64,000 nt of DNA, taken from NCBI GenBank assembly GCA_963797095.1, contig CAWCNY010000001.1, positions 64,001 to 128,000 on the forward strand. Reading direction: 5' to 3'. The notes under the pieces were generated by a model that did not search any database, was not told the DNA's origin, and was given only the letters and a program-made list of their open reading frames with translations. Made by a program: the position numbers and the translations under genes. The stretch's first letter is position 1. Each line of letters begins with the position of its first letter. Of this stretch, positions 1 to 13,641 are shown piece after piece. Source of the stretch: an uncultured Chloroflexia bacterium (lineage in GTDB: Bacteria; Chloroflexota; Chloroflexia; QHBQ01; JADMIH01).

Positions 1-107
1 GGCAACATCTTTGCCTTGTCCCAACGATAGCAAAGAGAGAGCTAAGTGGCTCCCTTTTTGACTGTCAAGATTTCATCGAATGGCTCCCTTTTACATTAGC
101 AGAAACA
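1..107 (-). mobile_element. Probable IS21-family element end, continuing off the window edge
   Basis: Minus strand begins TGTTTCTGCTAATGTAAAAGGGAGCCA, with a second AAAAGGGAGCCA copy 35 bp later. A TGT terminus plus internal repeated motifs is typical of IS21 ends. It cuts the neighbouring integrase after ...ECLDRLLIL; a possible ATG lies at 8. Confidence 0.45.
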
Positions 108-1355
108 CAATATGAGCAGCCGGTCCAGGCATTCTTCTCTGGCCGAGCGGATCCATCTTTCAGCGAAGGCGTTCGCCCTTGGTGCTCTGTAAGGAGTAAG
201 TACCGTTTCGATACCTTCTGACTCGAATACCCTGTCGAATGACGAAGCGAACTTGGCGTCCCGGTCGTGGATCAGGAAGCGTATGGGCAACTCTCGGTCT
301 CCCACATCCTGCATGTCCTGGAGATCCCACGCCAAGATATGTGCCTGTTGTGTGACCCATGCAGACGTCGGGTGGGCTGTACAACCGGCAAGGTGGACTC
401 TGCGTGTGCTGAGCTCTATGAAGAACAGGACGTACAGGGTCTGTGATGACTCCGCATGGCGTAAACGCCAGCAGCTTCTACGGTTTTGCACCGATGCATA
501 CTCATCCATATGCCATTAAGGTTGCACTATAGGAGACACCTAAGATGCTTTTACGCTGCACAAGGGTTTCGTGCAACAACCCGCTAACATCTTGCAATTT
601 CAAAGTGCGGACTACTACCCGAAGGCAATAGTGGCGTGTAGCATTGGTTAGCTTCCACGTTACTTCAATTATGCGACAAAGGAGAGACTATGAGCAACCT
701 TTTATCAGCCGAACCACAGCCCATAAATGGGCATGGCTTTCAAGGTTTTCTGTAAGCGTATTGTCTCCAGCGTCAAGAAATCGCAGGCGAGCATTTCGCC
801 GGCATAGTGACCAAGGAAGTTGCGCCAATTGCTCCCTTGCTTCTTCCGCTGGGGAGACGGACGGATGTGATGGCGTTTGAGCACGTTTCTAACACTGGAT
901 CGGCTGACTGTGTACCCGAGCTTGAGCAACTCGCCCTGGATCTTGCTGTAGCCCCATCTTGGGTTCTCGTTGGCCAGGCGCGCTATCAGTTGTTCCAGCT
1001 CACTTGCAACAGGCGGCCTGCCGGTTGGTTTGCCTTGTGGAAAGGTCCACTTGCGTCGTACCAGTTGCCTGTGCCAGCGAAGCACAGTATCGGGCTTGAA
1101 CAGCAGCAGGACCTCGTCGAGTCGCCTGCCTGTGCCGACAGAGCATCTTCTGAACTGGACAGCGAGCACAGCAAGAATGCCTTTCTCCCATTTGGAGACG
1201 CGGGGTGCCTGAGCAAATTTGCGCTGCACGATACGGAGCTGGTGACGCAGCAGTAGTATCTCCATGTCCTTTTCGGAATCCGATAGACGTCTGGTAGCAA
1301 GTAGGTTAAGGAGTAGCCCCAAGAGGCCCTGGACTGAATGAAGGTAGGTGTGCAT
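96..1355 (-). pseudogene. rve/DDE integrase-core transposase (IS481/IS3-like), split by an insertion and 3'-truncated
   Basis: ORF 705-1355 (HTH, ENPRWGY..IQGEL, ACDFLTLETIRLQ) and ORF 96-509 ([10 protein letters not shown]..., [20 protein letters not shown]) are in the same frame. They join once 445-753 is removed. Confidence 0.9.
445..749. mobile_element. 305-bp insertion flanked by the direct repeat CTGT inside the transposase
   Basis: CTGT occurs at 441-444 and 750-753; removing the insert restores ...[10 protein letters not shown]. The insert holds an RBS plus a short plus-strand ATG ORF. Confidence 0.7.
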
Positions 1356-1474
1356 GGTTCAAGCATAAGCCGACTTTCCCGTCTGCACAAGGCACCTGCA
1401 GGCTTCGGATGCTTATTTACACACTACAGGCTAAAAGCAAAGAGGGAGGAGAAAGAGAGTAAAGGGAAAGAGAT

Positions 1475-1591
1475 GCCCCGCAATGGCCTACTTTCCCACA
1501 GCCGGGTAGCTGAAGTATCATCGGCGCTGTACTGTTTCACTTCCAGGTTCGGGATGGGGCTGGGTGGGTCCAGTACGCTCTGACCACGGAA
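1475..1591 (-). rRNA. rrf: 5S rRNA
   Basis: Conserved CCCATCCCGAACCTGGAAGTGAA...GCCGATGATACT...GGGAAAGTAGG. Complementary processing arms flank it at 1441-1468 and 1597-1624. Confidence 0.97.
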
Positions 1592-1794
1592 CAAAATTCC
1601 CCTTCTCTCTCTTTCTCCTCCCTCCATGCGTTGGGAGTACCTAAGAGAAAAGGCAAGCAGACGAATTGAGCGGTTTTGGGTAACTGAGTAACCTATTTGC
1701 GTCTGTGATGAAATTGTTTGATGCTTGCTCTTGCTTGTGCTTACCTTTTGCAATCCTCTTGAGGAGGATGAACAGAGGGGGTAAGCCGAAAGCG

Positions 1795-4985
<3,191 letters not shown>

Positions 4986-5174
4986 CTAACTCTCAGCCTA
5001 CCCCCTCCGTTCACAACTCCGACAGGAGGTGAATGAAGGAAGCACGCAAAAAGCGCATCAAACAATTATTTCATTCGTAGCGCAAATGTGGTTACTCATA
5101 TCACACACTTGATCGGTAATCTTATGTGCGAAATTGTATCCCAATTTTGCTTTTCTTCGTTGCTTGCTATTCTC

Positions 5175-5191
5175 TTGGTAAGGTGCTGGCA
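5175..5191 (-). promoter_or_regulatory. boxA antitermination element in the 23S leader
   Basis: Minus-strand GCACCTTACCA resembles the 16S leader boxA (GAACCTTAACAA, ~8686-8697). Confidence 0.65.
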
Positions 5192-5463
5192 CCCCTAGGT
5201 GCTCACTCCCTGAGGAGCCTGTCAGCCTTGTGACTGCCAGTCTTCGACCTTGTGCAGGGCGAGGAGCGGAAGTCGTTGCGGCTTATTTTGTATTTTGGTG
5301 TTTAGTGAGCTTGCAGATGTGGTCGAATGGCAACAAAAGAGGCTTGGGCACTCGCGCCTCAAGCCTTGGCGGCTGTTGGTATGCGAGATGGCCTATCTGG
5401 TTGTGGCCTCAACTATGTGCATGCTTTGCTCTTTCTTTGCACCATTTCCCAGGCGCAACACTA

Positions 5464-5492
5464 AGTATACTAAAGCCTCAGGCCTTTGTCAA
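5464..5492 (-). promoter_or_regulatory. sigma70 promoter dedicated to 23S-5S
   Basis: TTGACA-17bp-TATACT on the minus strand. Confidence 0.85.
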
Positions 5493-5623
5493 GCAGATTT
5501 AAGCCCTTTTCAATCGATTTGCCAGGGATCATTGTTCAATTTGCCAGGGATCATTGTTCGCTAATCAAGTTCAGAGTGCTTATGGAGTTTGGTTGGCATA
5601 GCATATTCAAGTGACATGAAAAT

Positions 5624-6574
5624 GTGTGTCCCATATGCGATAATATTGAGGAACATGGCACTCCTTGGATAGTGCTGATGAGAGACAAGCAACAAACATT
5701 CGCATTGTTCTTTCCCGAGCCTTTGGCCAATATAGACCAGGCTAATCTCCTTATGTCGCGCGTTCAGCGCGTCGAAATGTTACTCAGTGTGGCGCGCAAC
5801 AATCCGGCCCAGCTAAATTGGCTTGCAGCACACGGCATCCGGGCTATTTTTCGTGTAGAAGAGCCATCGCGGGGGAATATCGCCGAGGTGGCTGCTTCTT
5901 ATTACCGACCTGACGGGCGTGTTAGCGTTACTCATAGGCTTGCTGAGATCAGGGCAAGCGCGCCCGGTCTGACTATCGAAGCTGTTATCGCGGGTAATGA
6001 ACCCGAAGTTGAATACGACCTCCGCCGCAACACCCCCACCTGGGGCGACCTACCCGAGGCTACTTTTCCGCAGGGACGGGTCTGGGAACACCGCTTTGCT
6101 GTCAGTGAATTGCGCCGGTTGCTGGCCCCTACTGTGGTGGTAGCGCCCGGGTGGTCGCATAAGCAGCAAACACCACGCGATGCTCCCGAACCTGGACGTG
6201 CCACGTGGGGCCGCATACTGGCGGACGTATACAACCAGGGCCCCGCTGCCATGCACGCGTATTGCATCAACTGGCTCGGCAGTGAAGACGAACACCGCTT
6301 GCTTTGGTGGGTGAAGCACGAGCTTGAGCGGATCCATAGCGACGTGTGGGTTGATGAGATCAATGTGGTAACTCATACACTCGATAGCGAGCCTGTTGAG
6401 AGGATGCGAGCGGTGTTGGGGATGTATGACCTGATCGCGGCCCAGGACTGGTCATCGGTGATAAAGAGCTTCTGCCCGTTCGTAGCAAACGGGCGATCTG
6501 ATCAGGGGTGGTCAAACATGATTATGAATGACCGGAACTGTTATAGCCTGCTGGCGCAGTGGATTCAGACTTGA
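5624..6574 (+). CDS. Glycoside hydrolase clan-A-like TIM-barrel protein inside the 16S-23S spacer (start probably 5672/5678)
   Basis: Long ORF with a GNEP acid/base motif, MHAY, and a VWVDE nucleophile-like motif. Confidence 0.7.
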   Translation: MCPICDNIEEHGTPWIVLMRDKQQTFALFFPEPLANIDQANLLMSRVQRVEMLLSVARNNPAQLNWLAAHGIRAIFRVEEPSRGNIAEVAASYYRPDGRVSVTHRLAEIRASAPGLTIEAVIAGNEPEVEYDLRRNTPTWGDLPEATFPQGRVWEHRFAVSELRRLLAPTVVVAPGWSHKQQTPRDAPEPGRATWGRILADVYNQGPAAMHAYCINWLGSEDEHRLLWWVKHELERIHSDVWVDEINVVTHTLDSEPVERMRAVLGMYDLIAAQDWSSVIKSFCPFVANGRSDQGWSNMIMNDRNCYSLLAQWIQT

Positions 6575-6578
6575 GGTT

Positions 6579-6633
6579 GGTGAATCAAAACAGCGCAGCC
6601 GGTACAAAGACCGTTGCGCTGTTTTGATTCACC
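6579..6633. terminator. Long hairpin, probable bidirectional terminator between the GH gene and tRNA-Ala
   Basis: GGTGAATCAAAACAGCGC...GCGCTGTTTTGATTCACC inverted repeat directly between the convergent 3' ends. Confidence 0.75.
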
Positions 6634-6635
6634 GG

Positions 6636-6708
6636 TGGACCTGAGGAGACTCGAACTCCTGACCTCCGCCGTGCAAAGGCGGCGCTCTCCCAGCTAAGCT
6701 ACAGGCCC
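6636..6708 (-). tRNA. tRNA-Ala(TGC)
   Basis: Cloverleaf GGGCCTG...TT TGC AC...GGAGTTCGAGTCTCC CAGGTCCA. It is followed by CCG, so CCA is not fully encoded. Confidence 0.97.
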
Positions 6709-6720
6709 ATACTGCCCGTT

Positions 6721-6749
6721 ATTATATCAACTCCGGACCTACTCCGCAA
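6721..6749 (-). promoter_or_regulatory. sigma70 promoter for tRNA-Ala
   Basis: TTGCGG-17bp-TATAAT with an extended TG, ending 12 bp upstream of the tRNA. Confidence 0.8.
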
Positions 6750-6758
6750 ACTACGCTC

Positions 6759-6786
6759 AAGCAAAAGGCACCCTCGGTAGGGTGCC
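6759..6786 (-). terminator. Intrinsic terminator downstream of 16S rRNA
   Basis: GGCACCCT-ACCG-AGGGTGCC followed by TTTTGCTT on the minus strand, just after the 16S processing-stem arm. Confidence 0.7.
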
Positions 6787-6999
6787 CTGGCCTTGGCCAA
6801 CTGAAGGGTGGAGACAAGCACAGAGAACGAGACGACAAGAAAGGTGTTCATCTTGAGCAAGGCTGATGGGTTAGAACAGCTTTGCTTTTGTTAGTCAATG
6901 ACTAACAGGTAGGTTACGCCGGTCCGAGGACCGACGGTTGACCTGGGATCGTCCGAACTTGGAGTGAGCAAGCTCACCAAGCGAGGAACAAACTCCCTA

Positions 7000-8559
<1,560 letters not shown>

Positions 8560-8738
8560 AAAAACCTTGAAAATCGTCACACGACTTTCAACATTCGCTT
8601 GGGTGTTCAGGTGAACACCTCAGCCCCTTGTTTGAAGGAACTGACTTGTTTTTCTCGTTATTTGTGGATTATCTCCACTCTTCAGTTGTTAAGGTTCATT
8701 TTGCCTTTTTACACGCCCTTTTCTGGGGCGCAAAAGTA

Positions 8739-8767
8739 ATTGTACTAAATCCGGAAGGGCTTGTCAA
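8739..8767 (-). promoter_or_regulatory. sigma70 promoter of 16S rRNA
   Basis: TTGACA-17bp-TACAAT, followed by boxA and a processing-stem arm. Confidence 0.85.
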
Positions 8768-8897
8768 GGAAAAATGAGATAATTCTGTGGGATTTGCCAG
8801 GATTCTTTGTACACGAAGATGCGAAGGGTTGTTGGTATTGCGTATTGCGTAGTTCGTCTGGCGTAGTGCGTACTGCTTATTGCTTATCGGTTAGTTG

Positions 8898-9499
8898 GGT
8901 ATGGGGAAGAGGGTGCACTTGCTGGTTGGGCTTGTGCACCCTTTTCCTTTTTGGTTTGTTGGTTTTGTGCTCTGCCTTTGGGGATCTTGCTCGCTGTGGG
9001 CACTCTGTGGGTTGGTTGGCTGCCAAAGTGTGGTTTTGGAGAGCGAGATCCTTCGCTTCGCTCAGGATGACAAGGACCTTGTTGGTTCGTTTGCTTGTGG
9101 GTCTGTCGTTAGCTGAGCGGCGGATGGTTGGCTTTTGGGATAGGAATGGTGTCCCTGTGGCGCAACTGGTACTTGTGGCGCAGGGTTCCTCTTGCCTTTA
9201 GAGGGTGTGACACGAATGCACACTGGATTACTGCTCCGTGTTGGTCCCCTTAGGGGCCGGTGGTGGGAGACCGGAGCGGTTGGTGGTCTTGTTGGTGATG
9301 GTGATGGTGGTGATGGTGGTGATGGTGGTGTTGAGAGAGCCACCGGCTTCTGGCTGACCATTCTTTTGGTTTGTAAGGTGCTGGCAGTAGTGATGGTTTA
9401 TGTGGTTTGTAAAGGTGCTAACGCAAAGATACACAGGGACACCAGTCTTGTCTCTATGTCCTCCTTGCTGCGCGGCTCGGAGGTGAATTAGCTATTCCA
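8898..9499 (-). ncRNA. Candidate long non-coding RNA / rrn-like leader with two boxA-like motifs
   Basis: Promoter at 9506-9534, boxA-like motifs at 9373-9386 and 9409-9420, a 13-bp long-range inverted repeat (9147-9159/9432-9444), and no credible ORF. Confidence 0.4.
9045..9072. repeat. REP-like palindromic unit GAGATCCTTCGCTTCGCTCAGGATGACA
   Basis: Resembles a widespread short palindromic repeat family (ATCCT...AGGAT stem). Confidence 0.6.
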
Positions 9500-9505
9500 C
9501 TCTTG

Positions 9506-9534
9506 ATCTTAGCACAGATGTTCTGTGTTTGCAA
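9506..9534 (-). promoter_or_regulatory. sigma70-like promoter upstream of the rrn locus
   Basis: TTGCAA-17bp-TAAGAT with an extended TG. Confidence 0.6.
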
Positions 9535-9555
9535 GTAGCCATTGGAATGGTCTTT

Positions 9556-9590
9556 GACGAGTGACGAGTGGCGAGTGACGAGTGGCGAGT
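9556..9590. repeat. Heptamer tandem repeat (GACGAGT/GGCGAGT x5)
   Basis: Seen directly; the same unit recurs at 47874-47901 and 50192-50223. Confidence 0.9.
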
Positions 9591-9616
9591 GGGAAGTATA
9601 TTGTATTTGGATAGGG

Positions 9617-10018
9617 TCAGCTTGCCTTTAGCTCTGAGGTGCATTCGGGGCAGCGGGTTGCGCCGAGGGGGATCGTGGAGAGGCAGTAGGGGCACTCTTT
9701 GGTGTTGGTGACGGCGGGAGTTGCGGGGCGCATTCTGTTGTAGGCTTTCAGGACGAGGAAGATGGAGAATGCTACTACAAGGAAGTTGATAAGCGCGTTT
9801 ATGAAGGAGCCGTAGGCGATTATGCCGTTGCCGATGTTGAAGGTGAGGCTGCTGAAATCGGGCTGTCCGAAGATGGCGGCGATTATCTGCATGAGGATGT
9901 CTTTCACGAACGAGTTGACCACCGCCCCGAACGCAGCCCCGATGATAACGGCCACCGCCAGGTCGAGCACATTGCCTCTATTGATAAATGCCTTGAATTC
10001 ATCGAGCATTTCTTTCAT
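9617..10018 (-). CDS. mscL: Large-conductance mechanosensitive channel with C-terminal zinc ribbon
   Basis: EFKAFINRGNVLDLAVAVIIGAAF signature; C-terminal CPYC...CPEC. Confidence 0.96.
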   Translation of the reverse strand: MKEMLDEFKAFINRGNVLDLAVAVIIGAAFGAVVNSFVKDILMQIIAAIFGQPDFSSLTFNIGNGIIAYGSFINALINFLVVAFSIFLVLKAYNRMRPATPAVTNTKECPYCLSTIPLGATRCPECTSELKAS

Positions 10019-10279
10019 AGTGTTCTCCTGTGGTCGTTTATTGTAACCGTGTGAAAGCAGCCATCTGCTCAACGGTTGGCATTTGTGTTAGACTCCACCT
10101 ACCGGCATCTTCATGGGCTAAATGCAACTTTTCGGGGAGAACAGTTGTCTTAATAGGTATGGATGCCGGTGTGCGCCAATACGAGCCTCAGGAGAAAAGT
10201 CCTTTCTCCGATACCAACGCCCGCGCAGGTGCGCACAGAGTATAATAATTGCTACATTTATTGTCAATAGGATTGCACG

Positions 10280-10894
10280 ATGAGCAACGAACAGACTTTT
10301 CGCATCGCTCCCTATAACGTTGTCGCCTGGATTTGGACCATCACATACGTAGTGGCCCTGTTCTTTTTCGGTATTCGCCTGAGCACAACATTGGCCGGTG
10401 GACTTGTCCCCGATCCTCTGGATCTTGTGTTCACTATTCTGCTCTTGTTTGTGGTGGTGTTTGCCTGGCTGCGCTCTGTGCGCTCCTATGCAATCGCAGG
10501 GGGGCAGCTTGTGATCGTGAGGGCAGGACCAGGCAGACTGGCTATCCCTCTTGACGAAATAACGCGAGCGCTTGCTGACGCATCAATCGGCTCTTTCTTT
10601 AATGTCAGTTTCTTGAGCACAGGTGGCGTGTTCGGCTGGGCGGGCCGGGCCAGGGTGCGTAACCCCTCAGACCTCAAGTCGATGGACGCCGAGGTGTATG
10701 GCACGAATCCAAAGTTCGCGGTGCTGGTCGAGCTACGAAGCGGGCGTAAACTGGTGCTCACGCCGACGGACCCTAAGGGCCTGGAGACCGCCCTGCATAT
10801 CGATGGCGCAGGCTCTGAAGTAGCGGTGAAGCGAACGGAGGTAGCCGCCAGGCCCGATTCTGCGAAGCCCTGGTTGCAGGGCGGCAAGAAGTAG
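10280..10894 (+). CDS. Membrane protein with bacterial PH-like domain
   Basis: Two TM helices followed by GGVFGWAG and LVLTP.DP motifs. Confidence 0.7.
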   Translation: MSNEQTFRIAPYNVVAWIWTITYVVALFFFGIRLSTTLAGGLVPDPLDLVFTILLLFVVVFAWLRSVRSYAIAGGQLVIVRAGPGRLAIPLDEITRALADASIGSFFNVSFLSTGGVFGWAGRARVRNPSDLKSMDAEVYGTNPKFAVLVELRSGRKLVLTPTDPKGLETALHIDGAGSEVAVKRTEVAARPDSAKPWLQGGKK

Positions 10895-10906
10895 CCTGGA
10901 TCTACA

Positions 10907-11212
10907 GTGTCTGAATCTTCCTCGCCTGTTCGGCCTGCGCCGGGTGGGGCAGGAGTTACTATCCGCCTGTATGTCGCGCCTCGCGCTTCGGCTAACAAGG
11001 TGCTTGGCATCCACAACGGGGCGGTGAAGATCGCGTTAACTGCTCCGCCTGTTGAGGGCGCGGCCAACAGGGCGTTGGTGGCGTTCCTGGCAAAGGTGCT
11101 TGATGTTCCCAGGTCGTCTGTTACCCTCCTAGCGGGCGAAACCTCTCGCAACAAGATCGTTTTGGTTGATGGGATAGCTGTCGTGAAGGCCGTCGAGGCG
11201 CTGGGTATATAA
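10907..11212 (+). CDS. DUF167/YggU family protein
   Basis: V.PRAS...KIALTAPPVEGAAN..L..FLA..L.VPRS.V.L..GETSR.K signature. Confidence 0.92.
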   Translation: MSESSSPVRPAPGGAGVTIRLYVAPRASANKVLGIHNGAVKIALTAPPVEGAANRALVAFLAKVLDVPRSSVTLLAGETSRNKIVLVDGIAVVKAVEALGI

Positions 11213-11332
11213 TGACCTCCATGAGCGACTACCAAGCATTCGGTCTGGAGAGCTATATGCGGCGTATCAAGGGTGGGCCGTGTTTTATCTGTGACGTAGT
11301 GGCAGGACGGGAGGGGACGCACCATGTAATTA
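11212..11332 (+). pseudogene. 5' fragment of a HIT-family-like gene
   Basis: MTSM...GPCFICDVVAG resembles a HIT N-terminus, then runs into a terminator. Confidence 0.4.
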
Positions 11333-11374
11333 AGAAGAAAAGCCCCGGAGTTTGCACCGGGGCTTTTCTTCTTA
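11331..11374. terminator. Bidirectional intrinsic terminator
   Basis: TAAGAAGAAAAGCCCCGG-loop-CCGGGGCTTTTCTTCTTA between convergent genes. Confidence 0.85.
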
Positions 11375-11434
11375 TTCAATTGTTACCCTTGTTACCCTGT
11401 TTATGTTACCCTTGTTACCCTGTTTACTGCTTAT

Positions 11435-12010
11435 TTACGCCCTGCTTGTTGCGGGCGCAGGAGTTGCAACCTTTTGCTCAACCGACATCTGGGCGAAGAA
11501 GAGTTCGAAGACCAGCGCGCCGAGTACTATCAGACCTATTGCGCTGAGGCCGAAGCCTGCATATGTGCCCACAGTGCCGAAGATTGAGAAGGCCCAAGCC
11601 TGGTTCAACATGGAGCGGAGGGTCTCACCTTTGAAGGCTGTGTCTACGAGGGCGCTCTTCTGTGCCTTCAGTGTGGGGTCGGTCTCTGCGCGAGCCTCGG
11701 CGGACAGTTCCGAATATACCTTGCCGTCGGCCAGTTCGCTGAGGTGGAGGCCGATGTAATTCTCAGCAAAGACGTGAGCCTGCTCACCGGTCAATACCTG
11801 CTGGCCCACATACGGCTGCAAGGCGCTCTGCTGAGGCTGGGGCAAAGTGGAGACATCAGCGGGGAAGAAGATCTTCTGGGGCTCCAGTTGTGCCTTGACT
11901 TGCTCGTTCGTGAAATTGCCGGCCCAGAAGGCCAACCCAGCCGCGAATGCGAGCACTACGACCATCACTACCTGTAAAGTAACTATTCTCCAACGAAGTT
12001 GAGGTGTCAT
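11435..12010 (-). CDS. Conserved two-TM membrane protein of unknown function
   Basis: N- and C-terminal TM helices; QL..QKIFFP and FKGETLRSML motifs resemble an actinobacterial membrane family. Confidence 0.75.
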   Translation of the reverse strand: MTPQLRWRIVTLQVVMVVVLAFAAGLAFWAGNFTNEQVKAQLEPQKIFFPADVSTLPQPQQSALQPYVGQQVLTGEQAHVFAENYIGLHLSELADGKVYSELSAEARAETDPTLKAQKSALVDTAFKGETLRSMLNQAWAFSIFGTVGTYAGFGLSAIGLIVLGALVFELFFAQMSVEQKVATPAPATSRA

Positions 12011-12331
12011 TGTTTTTTTCCTTCCATCAGTAAAGATTGTTTTTGCCAAAGAGCTTTCTAAGCCACTTGGAGGTTGTTTGTTTATTGTTACCGGTTCTCT
12101 CTTCCAGTTCGCCGGTGTTATTTCCTCCAGACATTCGAAGTTTATCGTGCCAAGGGGAATATGGCGGTATGCATGGGTGAACAGAGGGTGTGAATAGGTG
12201 AATATCGTGTAAAAATTGAGTCGGAAAGATAAATTATGGGGCGCAAGCCCGAAGAAGTGGGGCTTGCGCAGCGGGTTGTTCCCATGTATCGTAATATGGA
12301 AACGCGTGCCAGCGAGGGACGAGAGCTAAAT

Positions 12332-13039
12332 ATGCACCCACCCGATCCGACAACCGACCATATCCTCTCTGCATTGAGGAAGAGCATCCTGTTTCAGGGG
12401 ATGGACGACGAGAGCTTGCTGGAAGTGATGAATGCGGGCCGATTGAGGCGGGTGAGGAAGGAGGAGTTCTATTTTCACCAGGGCGACCCGGCAAAGGTGC
12501 TGTATGTGCTGGTGGAGGGGAGGGTAAAGTTTACGCAGGTGACGGCGGAGGGGCACCAGGTGATCGTGCGCGTGAGCGGGCCTGGCGAGGTGTTCGGGGC
12601 GGTGGCGGCGCTGGGGGATGCTGTGCACCCGGCCTCAGGTGAGGCTACGGGCGATTCGGCGGCCCTTGGGTGGCGTAGCGAGGTGATCAGCGGGCTGCTG
12701 GAGCGCTTTCCACGGATGGCGCTCAATGTGGTGCGCTTTCTGGCGGGGAGGGTGAAGGAGTTTCAGGACAGATACCGCGAACTGGCGACGGAGCGGGTGG
12801 AGCGGCGAGTGGCCCATGCGCTGTTGCGGCTGGCGGCTCAAATCGGCAGGCCGGTGGAGGGTGGGACGTTGATAGACCTGACGCTTTCGCGGCAGGACAT
12901 TGCCGAGATGACGGGTACAACTATATTCACTGTGAGCCGTATTTTGAGCGGGTGGGAGACGCAGGGGATCATCAGGAGCGGTCGCGAGCGGGTACTTGTG
13001 CTCAAACCGGAGGCTTTGACCGCTATCGCTGATGAATGA
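12332..13039 (+). CDS. Crp/Fnr family transcriptional regulator (start may be upstream, to 12236)
   Basis: cNMP-binding domain (QGDPA...GEVFG) and HTH LSRQDIAEMTGTTIFTVSR. Confidence 0.95.
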   Translation: MHPPDPTTDHILSALRKSILFQGMDDESLLEVMNAGRLRRVRKEEFYFHQGDPAKVLYVLVEGRVKFTQVTAEGHQVIVRVSGPGEVFGAVAALGDAVHPASGEATGDSAALGWRSEVISGLLERFPRMALNVVRFLAGRVKEFQDRYRELATERVERRVAHALLRLAAQIGRPVEGGTLIDLTLSRQDIAEMTGTTIFTVSRILSGWETQGIIRSGRERVLVLKPEALTAIADE

Positions 13040-13171
13040 ATTTAGGTAGAGGTGTGTTGAGTTTGCGCTCTGACAACGACTGTAGAGGGTATGTGCGGTA
13101 GGATGTTTGCGTAAGCCTGGATCGATCCTGCTCCTTACTATCTTCCATCTAAATAAAGGAGACAGAGTAAT

Positions 13172-13429
13172 ATGGCCTACGTGATTACCGAGCCGTGCAT
13201 CGGAGTTAAGGATACGGGGTGCGTGGATGTGTGTCCCGTTGATTGTATTCACCCACACAAGAGCGAATTGGGTTTTGGTGCGGCGCTTCAACTCTATATA
13301 GACCCTGACGAGTGCATCGATTGCGGGGCGTGCGAGCCTGAGTGCCCGGTGAACGCAATCTACCCTGAAGAGGATGTGCCCGAGGAGTATCTGAGGTATA
13401 TTGCCATCAACCGCGATCATTACAGGTAA
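13172..13429 (+). CDS. fdxA: Ferredoxin (FdxA-type dicluster)
   Basis: MAYVITEPC...CVDVCPVDCI...CIDCGACEPECPV; strong RBS. Confidence 0.95.
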   Translation: MAYVITEPCIGVKDTGCVDVCPVDCIHPHKSELGFGAALQLYIDPDECIDCGACEPECPVNAIYPEEDVPEEYLRYIAINRDHYR

Positions 13430-13548
13430 GTACAGGTAAGGAGGCGTGAGGGGCACCGCGAGGGTGCCCCACGTATTCAGTATGAAGCTATCGGTTACGC
13501 TGCTTGCTCACCTGTGTAGCCCGCAGTTTAGAGGATGCGAGGATGGGC

Positions 13549-13641
13549 AACAAAGGAACAGGGGCGTGGGTCCTGATCGGCCCACGCCCCTGTTCGCGAG
13601 CGTAGTTCAAGCGGAGGGGACATTACGCACTCCTTCCGACA
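13549..13641 (-). ncRNA. Candidate ~90-nt small RNA
   Basis: Extended -10 TGTTATAAT (13647-13655) and a 15-bp perfect terminator stem (13556-13595) plus U-rich tail, antisense to both neighbours. Confidence 0.5.

Noticed and set aside
9294-9330. (CAC/CAT)12 run resembling a histidine attenuator leader
   Set aside because: The His frame has no ATG/GTG after the upstream stop and no his genes follow; treated as a microsatellite.
11381-11425. TGTTACC-type short repeats
   Set aside because: Low-complexity repeat next to a terminator, with no spacers.
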